Shown here in pieces: positions 1 through 7,933 of a stretch of 64,000 nt of DNA; position 1 is the stretch's first letter, and each line of letters starts with the position of its first letter. The position numbers were made by a program, and so were the translations under genes. The notes below the pieces were generated by a model. The model made no database searches. It was not told the origin of the DNA and saw nothing but the letters and a program-made list of their open reading frames with translations. The stretch is from a virus. Its lineage: Duplodnaviria > Caudoviricetes. Location: IMG/VR virus record IMGVR_UViG_2974668611_000001, positions 1-64,000 of that record. One strand, written 5' to 3'.

Positions 1-178
1 CCCTTAAACACACAGAATCCTAGTTCAGAAAAAATAGGGTTATCTTTTTTGGCTGCTTCAGGGCGCACTTATCCATCTCTCAAACTTCCTTTCTTTGATT
101 GTCTAAATCATATCACGTTATCAAAAATAATGCAACACTTTTTTATGTAAAAAGTCACCAATCGGTGACTAATATTCT

Positions 179-2764
179 TTAGCTAATAATCCATTTAATA
201 TACAAACCGTAAAGCCACATTACAAAACCGTACAAACCACCAGCAATAAACAATGCAACAATCCACGCTAGAAAGTTCCCAATCTTATCTTTCATGTCAT
301 CACTTTTCCAATCTCACACTAATCGAGACGTCGCATTTTGTAAAATAAACTTTTTGACGACGATAATACGAAATTAAGTTATTCATGCTATTAAATGACG
401 CTTCAATACTGTCTTGATAACGTGTCATAATTGGCACTAACGAGTAATGTTTTGACTCGCCTGACGCATTGCAAACCACAAAGTAAACAGCGTCACTGAT
501 TAACTGATTATTAGCAACTTGCATTAACGTGTCTCCCGGCTCATAGTCATCTGTCACTTTAATATTATTGTCAATATTAATGCCTACCATTATTACACTC
601 TCCTATATCTATTCCATTTCTTCTACACGTTCCCACGCAGTATCTAATAAGCTATGAGTTGAACTATTTTCCAATCCTAACTTATGTGATTGCGAGATTA
701 GTGCCATCATCAATAAAGCCCAAGCTCCCTCATCACTCATATCAGAGCCAAACTTCAAGTTACCATCTACAACACTAGCTACAAGCACTCCATTTAAATT
801 ATCCAATAATATATCTTCTTTCAATTAATATAAATTCTTTACAATATCAATGACTTCAAAAAACTTATCTGTATAATTTGACCACGAGTTTTTAGTATTG
901 ATAGTTAAATTAATTACCTTATCTTCAAATTCTTTGTCAAAATTTGGTAGTACATTTTTAAATGCAATTCTAAAGCAATTTTCTAGTACGCTATTATTAA
1001 ATCCTTGTACAACTTCTCCACCGTTAACGTTATTTAAAATGTATTCAATTTCAAGTAACGCTTTATGTTCACTTTTATTCCCATCGTTCGTTGCTTCTTT
1101 ATACATTCGTTCTGCAAAGTCCTTAGGGTTAATATTTTCTAACAAAATCTTATAGTATTCATCTAAAACATTATTCATATCTTATTCCTCACTTTTTAAG
1201 CTTGACTCATCATTAATTGACCAATATATATCGTCGCGTATACGAATATTGCAATCGCCGCTAATATCAAGATTGTCAATATAACGTTGTAGATTATATT
1301 ATTGTTTAATATAAACTGACACACCTTAGTTTGTTCAATCATTGATATTGCAAACATTACCAGTCCGATTGCAACCAATATCAAAAACATGGTCATAAAT
1401 CCTACACAAAAACTAATAAATATATCCATTATGTTCACCTAAAACGTTACCAAATATGTTCCTTTCAATAGGTGGTCATTGTTTTTGTCATATGAATGAC
1501 TAATTAAACTTTCCTTATCTTCTGACGTTACACACACCTTACCGTTCTCTAGGTCAACCAGTGAATATTCGGAAGTTACTAAATAATAGTTGCCATGAGC
1601 CACAATCACGTTGCCGGGTTCATACATGTCGCTTGCAGTTTCTGCTTTTTCATTAATCTTCATATTTTCCTCCTAATGGATTACTAACGTATTATCATTG
1701 ATATAATTGAACTTATCAATTGAAAAGCGTTCAAAGAACTCATTAAGTTCCATTAACCCGTAAATTAATTTTCCAGTGGTTAAATCAACCAAACCATAAA
1801 GAAGACGTTCTCCACCTTTCTTAGAGATTACAAGGCATGTCTTGCCGTCATAACTAACGACATTTCCAGACTGTAATACTTCTCCTTCTGTTGGTTTCGG
1901 CTTCTTATACATTATCTTCATTTAATATCATCTCCAACACCATTGGCTTCAATATAGGCGTCCAGCAATTCTGTTAACATGTCTACAGATTCTTGATAGT
2001 CATAGTCACAAACATCAAGAATCAGGTGCATTAATGGTGTGCCAATAGCATTTAATGCGTCTGATACATTTGAGTCATCGTCAGATTCAAGTACCTTCAT
2101 ATGGTTCCCATCTTCGTTAACTTCAATTAAAATTTTAACCATTATATATCCTCCTATTTAATCTTCATAGCTTTCTAGCGCTAAATTTGCAAATTCAAAA
2201 TCTGTTAATTTATCATCGTTGTTCCGATTTTCTTTTTTGACAATCTTTGCGGCTGAATGCAACAATAATGCAATTGTCATAGCTTGGTCAAAATCACTAT
2301 CTACGTATACTGAACCAGTATTAACCATAACTTGAATTTTACCGTTTTCCATTTTTATATTTCCTCCTAATTAAGACATGCGTCTACATACTTCTACAAC
2401 TGCTCCTAGAAAAATTGAAATCGGAACTAAGATATGAGGGTACACAGACACTCCCATAATTACAATCCCAAGGATTGCCAAGGCCACTAACCCAAGAATG
2501 AACGATACCATAAAGTGAAAAAAGCCATATCTTAACATTATTGTCACCTCTTTATTTAACTCCTAGTAGTTTTACAAGTCTGTCAATTTCTTCTTTTGTT
2601 AAGTTATAACTATCTTGATTAGTTAATCGTACTTCACGAAGAATACTGTTGATACTAAGGATATACTGTAAATTAATGTAAACTCCTGACGATTGTAGAA
2701 AGAACATTATTATCACCTCGTTTTCTATATATGTATCATACCACCTAATTCGGTGATATGTCAA
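179..2764 (-). CDS. Cluster of ~12 small hypothetical early proteins (179-295, 300-590, 609-824, 825-1178, 1196-1438, 1439-1663, 1673-1921, 1918-2142, 2158-2352, 2371-2538, 2552-2708/2764); several are membrane peptides
   Basis: Tightly packed same-strand ORFs, most preceded by GGAGG-type SD (seen as cctcc on +). 179-295 (38 aa) and 2371-2538 (55 aa) were read manually and are hydrophobic. No recognisable domains. Confidence 0.75.
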
Positions 2765-2765
2765 A
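2736..2765 (-). promoter_or_regulatory. Host sigma70/sigmaA-type early promoter
   Basis: Minus strand TTGACA-18nt-TATGAT with TG extension. Confidence 0.65.
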
Positions 2766-2768
2766 CTA

Positions 2769-3401
2769 TTATTCTAAATTATCTTCTTTAATTTCTTTGT
2801 GCTTTGATAGGTCAAAGTCTGGAACTTCTTTCAATGAATCCTTGTAGGCCGGAAGATACTGGATAACGTATCGGTCGATTTCCTTACCGTTAACCTTTTG
2901 ACGGTCTCGTTTTAGTATCCCATATTTTGACATATAGTCTCTAAAGTCATCATACTTCATTTTTCTAGTACGAGTGCCAAATCTATGGTCTGCACAGAAT
3001 TTTGAGTATTCCTTGAATAAATCCTTAATAACAACAGATGTGTCTCTATCATTGTACCATTCAAGCTTTGACCAGTCCCAGTATTGATTTAAGAATAAGC
3101 AGAGAATTTCTCGTTTGGTTAAGTCCTTCTTTTCATTGTGACCGATAAATCTACTGTCGATACTATCTAAGAATTTACTATCTTGCTCAGAAATGTCATA
3201 TCCTTGTTGGATACCGTAGATGATATATGCTAAATGTCGAGAATTTTCAGATTCTGGAACTAACATACCATATTTTAGGATTTCATCTACTGAGCCAAGT
3301 TTAGCAATCACTCCATCATCGTATTCTAGCTCCTTGCAATTTTCAAGTTCCTCTAACAATAAGTTTTCATCTAATCCTTTTTGTGTTAAACGACTATCCA
3401 T
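2769..3401 (-). CDS. Hypothetical protein, C-terminal half resembles a D5/primase-associated winged-helix DNA-binding domain
   Basis: 210 aa ORF with AGGAGG SD. KDLFKEYSKFCADH...YDDFRDYMSKYG resembles the wHTH at the C-terminus of phage/plasmid primase-helicases (pattern recognition only). Confidence 0.5.
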   Translation of the reverse strand: MDSRLTQKGLDENLLLEELENCKELEYDDGVIAKLGSVDEILKYGMLVPESENSRHLAYIIYGIQQGYDISEQDSKFLDSIDSRFIGHNEKKDLTKREILCLFLNQYWDWSKLEWYNDRDTSVVIKDLFKEYSKFCADHRFGTRTRKMKYDDFRDYMSKYGILKRDRQKVNGKEIDRYVIQYLPAYKDSLKEVPDFDLSKHKEIKEDNLE

Positions 3402-3432
3402 AATTTTATTCCTCCTTTTAATTTATGTATAT

Positions 3433-3461
3433 ATTATAGATTGATGGCTGTCGTTTGTCAA
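3433..3461 (-). promoter_or_regulatory. sigmaA-type early promoter
   Basis: Minus strand TTGACA-17nt-TATAAT, consensus. Confidence 0.8.
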
Positions 3462-3559
3462 CAATAAACGAAAAATAATTTTTTATTATGTCATCTTCAA
3501 AATGACTTTATATCAACGTTTGTTGCTATGATAAAAATTTATCAAAAATATTTTTTTTG

Positions 3560-3612
3560 AGCGGGGAAAATAGTGTTTAAATTTACGAAAAAACGACAAT
3601 ATTTTCCCCGCT
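3560..3612. repeat. 13-bp perfect inverted repeat at the early/late divergence
   Basis: AGCGGGGAAAATA (3560-3572) and TATTTTCCCCGCT (3600-3612). Confidence 0.8.
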
Positions 3613-3823
3613 TTTTGAGTATAGTGTAAGGGCCTAGGGGGAGAGGAAACAACAACAGCTTGCTGTTGGTGTTGACGGTGAGGGGGTGTCCCGATGTCGC
3701 GTCTGGCGACCTCATAGTTAACACAACATGAATGCAACTAAGAGTTCGAGCGTTAGCGAGTTACTCTTAGTTAGTGGCTATGCCACTTATATCTAGTTAC
3801 ATATTATAAAGGAGGAATATATA

Positions 3824-4033
3824 ATGGATTCAAGTGATAACAAGTTAAAGATTATTAAAGCCATTCTATATGCAAGTGATGACATTGACACAGAAGAAAA
3901 ATTAAATGCGGTACGGTACTTAGTTCATGGTTGGGATAACGAACCAGATGGTAGTATTAAATTCAAACAGCCATGGGCAAGCGGTTTATCTGTTGAAACC
4001 AGAAATCTAATTAATGGTAAGTCAGACGACTAA
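3824..4033 (+). CDS. Hypothetical protein, first late-strand gene
   Basis: AAAGGAGG SD, 69 aa ORF. Confidence 0.75.
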   Translation: MDSSDNKLKIIKAILYASDDIDTEEKLNAVRYLVHGWDNEPDGSIKFKQPWASGLSVETRNLINGKSDD

Positions 4034-4261
4034 TATTCTATTAATACATTCAATTCACTAATTCATTCATTATTATACTTTCCTCCACGGGAGATTAATT
4101 TCTCCCGTTACATATACTATGGAATGTGGCGAACACTATCATTACCGTGGGTAATTGAGATGTTGTTCAAAAACTACAGTTCAGTGCACTAACTGGAACG
4201 TCCTGAATGTTTCCTAAGCCTTTCTTATCAGGACAATACATATAAAAAGGGAGGACTTAGC

Positions 4262-4393
4262 ATGACAAAAGAATGTCCGTCATGTTCGACTCCAGTTGAG
4301 ATAAACAAGAAAGATGATTATGTCATTTGTCCTTACTGTGGCAACTTGCTTGAAGTGGACGGTGATGACCTTGAAGAATACACAATCGGGTAG
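4262..4393 (+). CDS. Small zinc-ribbon protein (43 aa, CPSC...CPYC)
   Basis: Not in ORF track. GGGAGG SD then ATG at 4262: MTKECPSCSTPVEINKKDDYVICPYCGNLLEVDGDDLEEYTIG*. Confidence 0.75.
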   Translation: MTKECPSCSTPVEINKKDDYVICPYCGNLLEVDGDDLEEYTIG

Positions 4394-4397
4394 AGAC

Positions 4398-4802
4398 TTG
4401 TCTGTATGTCCTTATTGTGGAATGATTGTAGAAACGAGTTCTCATAATTGTCCTGCAAAAAGGAAGAGAGACAATCGTAATGCAAGGGTTGCACGTCAAA
4501 ATCAAACAGTCACAGAGAAAGCTTTGACATCTCAAAGGTGGCGCTCTTTTAGAAAGAAGATTATTCTAAGAGACGGTGGTGAGTGTCAACGTTGTTTAAT
4601 AAAGCTACACAAACACGTTTATGATGATTTGACTGTACATCACATACAACCACGTGTCAAGCACCCAGAGCTAATGTATGACGAATCAAATTGCGTCACA
4701 CTTTGCCGTGAATGCAACTTAGCTATGGGTCTAAACGGTATCGACTTCGACTGGAATTTAACAAAGACTAAAATAAATTTAGATGATACACTTCATTTCT
4801 AA
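4398..4802 (+). CDS. Terminase-associated HNH endonuclease (HK97 gp74-like)
   Basis: WRSFRKKIILRDGGECQRC...VHHIQP...NCVTLCRECN motif, directly upstream of terS. TTG at 4398 preferred over 4314, which overlaps the zinc-ribbon ORF. Confidence 0.85.
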   Translation: MSVCPYCGMIVETSSHNCPAKRKRDNRNARVARQNQTVTEKALTSQRWRSFRKKIILRDGGECQRCLIKLHKHVYDDLTVHHIQPRVKHPELMYDESNCVTLCRECNLAMGLNGIDFDWNLTKTKINLDDTLHF

Positions 4803-4814
4803 GGGGGTGAACAC

Positions 4815-5321
4815 ATGCCTAACGCTAGAAAGCCTGCGGCGCTAGTTAAAGGTCACAACGAATCGGCTTCTGCTTTAAAGAAAAGAATGGAAGACGAGGA
4901 GCGACTAAAAGGTGCTAACGACGAGGTACGTGTGGCACCTGACTTTATCAAAGGGTGGGAAACCGCTGAAAAATATTACGACTATATTTGTGACTTGTTA
5001 GAGGATTCAGATATTCTGTCTAACTTAGATAGAATGGGGGTGGGCGCACTTGCCGAATGTCTCGCTCGTATGGAAGAGTCAAACAAAGCGATGGCAGATG
5101 ATGGCGGTAGCCTTATGATTACCGTTGAAACCAAGAACGGATATAAGACGGTTGAAAATCCATATATTAAAACTCACCTTAAATTCTTTGATAGGTTCAG
5201 GGTGTTGTCAACACAATATGGGTTGTCACCATCGAGTCGGGCACAGCTAAGCGCGTTAACCATTGAAGATAGAAGTAAAGGCAACAGCGCGCTTGAAAGT
5301 ATTATCAACAGTGATGATTGA
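4815..5321 (+). CDS. terS: Terminase small subunit (P27 family)
   Basis: ENPYIK...YGLSPSSRAQL motif; position after HNH. Confidence 0.9.
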   Translation: MPNARKPAALVKGHNESASALKKRMEDEERLKGANDEVRVAPDFIKGWETAEKYYDYICDLLEDSDILSNLDRMGVGALAECLARMEESNKAMADDGGSLMITVETKNGYKTVENPYIKTHLKFFDRFRVLSTQYGLSPSSRAQLSALTIEDRSKGNSALESIINSDD

Positions 5322-5475
5322 AGATATTACTTCCTAGTCTTGATTAGGCTAGGCTACATAATTAGCTCAAGGAGCAAAATACAGCGAGGTAGTTTAACTC
5401 GCTTATGTTACATAGTAATATGCTTATTTTGGGAGTTGTACCCATTTTAAGAAAGAAAAAGGTAGGTAAAGTCAA

Positions 5476-5988
5476 ATGACAAAATCAAGAAGTATTTATC
5501 AACTTGAAAACTTTGAGCATATGATGCAAAGAGAACGTGATTTGAACTTAGATGTAATTAAGGTTAGCGCTAGGTCTGATGACCAAGCGAACAGTGCATG
5601 TAACTTATTAAAGAAACTTTATTATTATCTTGATTGGATGACTCAGAGAGCAGTTGCTAGTTATAGAGATAAAAATAATGATTCTGGTGGCAGTATGGAC
5701 TTTGATGATGATAAATGCAACGACCGTTTATCTCATATTGTTTACCAACAAATCAACTATGAAGACCCGTTTATTAGAGATTTATCAAGTTGTGAGTGTA
5801 AATTTTTAGGGCCAATTAAAAGTATTCTTAATCGGTTTGGAATGGAAGTGCAAGTCCTTCTGTCATACGTCGGCGCTGGCAACCCTGTCCCCGAAAACTA
5901 TACAGTTGCTGGTGTAGTAAAATTCATGCAAGAAATGCAAGAAACAATCAATGATTTCTTGTCTGGCGAATTAAATTATAATAAATGA
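5476..5988 (+). CDS. Hypothetical protein
   Basis: 170 aa ORF with AAGGTAGGT SD. Confidence 0.75.
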   Translation: MTKSRSIYQLENFEHMMQRERDLNLDVIKVSARSDDQANSACNLLKKLYYYLDWMTQRAVASYRDKNNDSGGSMDFDDDKCNDRLSHIVYQQINYEDPFIRDLSSCECKFLGPIKSILNRFGMEVQVLLSYVGAGNPVPENYTVAGVVKFMQEMQETINDFLSGELNYNK

Positions 5989-6245
5989 CACAGTTTTAAG
6001 TTCCGAGAAGCGCGCATACGAAAGTAAAAGTTCCATAACGGAGTAGCCTTTGGAGGCGAGCATTCTTTTACGAGTAGAAAACCAAGTCTATCTGGTCTAA
6101 CCCCGGTTGAGATAGACAAAGCCCCAATAACATGACACTTAGGGTGCCAGTGCGTTGGGCATACATACCCATTATTTAGGTGTTGAGACATTAAGCATTA
6201 AATCTGACAACACTCCACTGTGTAAAAAGTCTAGCTTAATGTTAT

Positions 6246-6317
6246 TGCTCAGTAGTTCAGTGGTAGAATATCTGACTGTTAATCATATGGTCGCTGGTTC
6301 GAACCCAGCTCGGGCAG
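6246..6317 (+). tRNA. tRNA-Asn(GTT), with stem mismatches
   Basis: Cloverleaf, anticodon loop CT-GTT-AA, T arm GCTGG-TTCGAAC-CCAGC. One mismatch each in acceptor and anticodon stems. No encoded CCA. Confidence 0.8.
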
Positions 6318-6364
6318 TATCATCATATATTTTAGGCTGATAATTTGAAAGAATTTCAACCATA

Positions 6365-6890
6365 ACTATACATAGTGTCAAGCTAGTGTATAAGAGATTG
6401 TCAATCTCGCCTAGCAGTGCTGTCATAATGTGTATTACGTCTATATAGTGATAGCTAGTAGATTTAATAAACCTATTGTTGTAGTGACAAGGGTTGTGGT
6501 GAAAGAAAGCCATCGCGGATTCAGTACTAGATACAAGCTTGTCGATAAATGCATCAACAGTTACGATAGCATAATACGCAGACCCTAAGCTAATGTTAGT
6601 GTGATAACTAGCAGAACCAAGTAGGGAAATCAGTAAGCTATTTTCTAGTTGATGGAGGGTAATTCCTCCTATAAGTAACTAGTTGAGTATTAGTAGGGTA
6701 AATCTAGGAATACAAATATAAAAATATTATATGTAGAAATATAAATATAAAATATTATATGCCTAAAGACATCTGAAAGTTATCAGTCATCGTGCTGGAT
6801 TACACATTATAATGGAACAACAGCTAGCTTGGTAGCTCCTAGTTAGTAGGCGTTGTTCAGTGTATGGCAGAATATATCGTAAAAGCTAAA
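6365..6890 (+). ncRNA. Large structured ncRNA, ROOL-like
   Basis: ORF-free ~550 nt between tRNAs with nested long-range pairings: 6379-6386/6824-6831, 6425-6434/6801-6810, 6459-6466/6699-6706. Size and tRNA-island context fit ROOL. Boundaries approximate. Confidence 0.65.
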
Positions 6891-6924
6891 GTATACTACG
6901 CAAGCCAATGCGGACACTTGTATT

Positions 6925-6997
6925 GCTCTCGTAATCCAACGGCAGAGATAGTGGTCTTAGAAGCCATCCAGTGTGGGTCCGAATCCCACCGAGAGCA
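6925..6997 (+). tRNA. tRNA-Leu(TAG), short variable loop
   Basis: GCTCTCG/CGAGAGC acceptor, GTGGT-CT-TAG-AA-GCCAT anticodon arm, T arm GTGGG-TCCGAAT-CCCAC, A discriminator. Confidence 0.8.
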
Positions 6998-6998
6998 T

Positions 6999-7072
6999 TG
7001 CGGTGGAGTGAAACGGAAAATCACGAAAGGCTCATAACCTTTAAATAGCAGGTCCGACTCCTGCCACCGCAA
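6999..7072 (+). tRNA. tRNA with CAT anticodon (Met, initiator-like; Ile2 not excluded)
   Basis: TGCGGTG/CACCGCA acceptor, AAAGG-CT-CAT-AA-CCTTT anticodon arm, GCAGG-TCCGACT-CCTGC T arm. Confidence 0.8.
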
Positions 7073-7142
7073 CTACCAAAGGGTAGAGTTCCTAGTTTGG
7101 AACTAGAAGGTTATAGGACATACATTGAAAGAGAGGAAAACT

Positions 7143-7403
7143 ATGACAAGTAATGAATTTGTTGAAAAATGCACTAAATTAGTAAGAGACTATACTAACG
7201 AGCATATGGATAAAACTGACAATACTAGTATTAGTAATCAGGATGTATATGTAGTTTGGTATAGTAAGACTCTTCAAAACCACAAGGCGTTATTAAGCAC
7301 AACAGTATCTGACGGTATGTACTATGAATTAACATATAATGGCGATAAAGAAGACTTATACTTTGACGCCTATAAGAAGTTTGAAAATAGATGTATTAAA
7401 TAG
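7143..7403 (+). CDS. DUF6275-like phage protein
   Basis: VYVVWYSKTLQNHKALLST...YYELTYNGDK..LYFDAYKK signature; GAGAGG SD before ATG 7143. Confidence 0.75.
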   Translation: MTSNEFVEKCTKLVRDYTNEHMDKTDNTSISNQDVYVVWYSKTLQNHKALLSTTVSDGMYYELTYNGDKEDLYFDAYKKFENRCIK

Positions 7404-7412
7404 ATTTAATAC

Positions 7413-7626
7413 GTGCTTGTGGCGGAATAGTAGACGCTATGACAGATAGACAAAGGGTTGGAATTAAGGTAGCGGTAAATGGCGACACATAAATGTATCC
7501 GAGTAGCTACTGCCCTTCAAAAATAGATGGATAGTAATTCTGCCGTGGAGTTAGTCCGATAAGACCATATCCGTGTCTAAGTCATCTATAACAGGTCATG
7601 TAGGGTGCAAATCCCTACCAAGCACA
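7413..7626 (+). ncRNA. tRNA-shell RNA A (tRNA acceptor/D/T arms enclosing a ~160-nt structured insert)
   Basis: 5' GTGCTTGTGGCGGAATAGTAGACGC, 3' GTAGGGTGCAAATCCCTACCAAGCACA. Internal stems ATGAC/GTCAT, TAGACA/TGTCTA, AAGGG/CCCTT, GTAGC/GCTAC. Confidence 0.7.
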
Positions 7627-7741
7627 TAAAGCCACTATGTAAGGATACTAGCATCCTAAAAATGTCTAGAGAAACGTATGATAGTATCACGGGTGTGGCG
7701 GTGACTGGAGACATCAATATATGTCTCTGCTATCATAAATT

Positions 7742-7814
7742 GCTCCCCTAGTGTAATTGGATAACACACCAGACTTCCAATCTGGTAATGTCGGTTCGAG
7801 TCCGGCTGGGAGCT
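7742..7814 (+). tRNA. tRNA-Gly(TCC)
   Basis: CCAGA-CT-TCC-AA-TCTGG anticodon arm, TTCGAGT T loop, U discriminator as expected for Gly. Confidence 0.9.
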
Positions 7815-7933
7815 TGTAGCTTAATTTCAATAAAGTAAAACGTTTCTCGGTGTTTTCTTTCCATGTTCTTTTATGCCGAGGGTACATAAAATGTAGATTT
7901 TACAGTCTATATTATAGCATATAACGAGGTGAT

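Noticed and set aside
55-72. Short GC-rich stretch (CAGGGCGCAC) as a possible cos site
   Set aside because: Cannot be supported without read-end data; the window edge is arbitrary.
3513-3737. Track ORFs 3513-3737 and 3542-3724
   Set aside because: No SD and atypical composition; they overlap inverted repeats of a probable regulatory region.
7088-7126. Hairpin followed by GACATACATT before the DUF6275-like gene as another TACATA element
   Set aside because: The hexamer is imperfect and more distant from the stem; not counted among the 14 sites.
7413-7626. Possible tmRNA or intron-containing tRNA
   Set aside because: Too short for tmRNA, with no Ala G3.U70 acceptor or evident tag ORF; no group I P7 (R/S) motifs; no anticodon loop is restored by a simple excision. 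Kept as a tRNA-shell finding instead.
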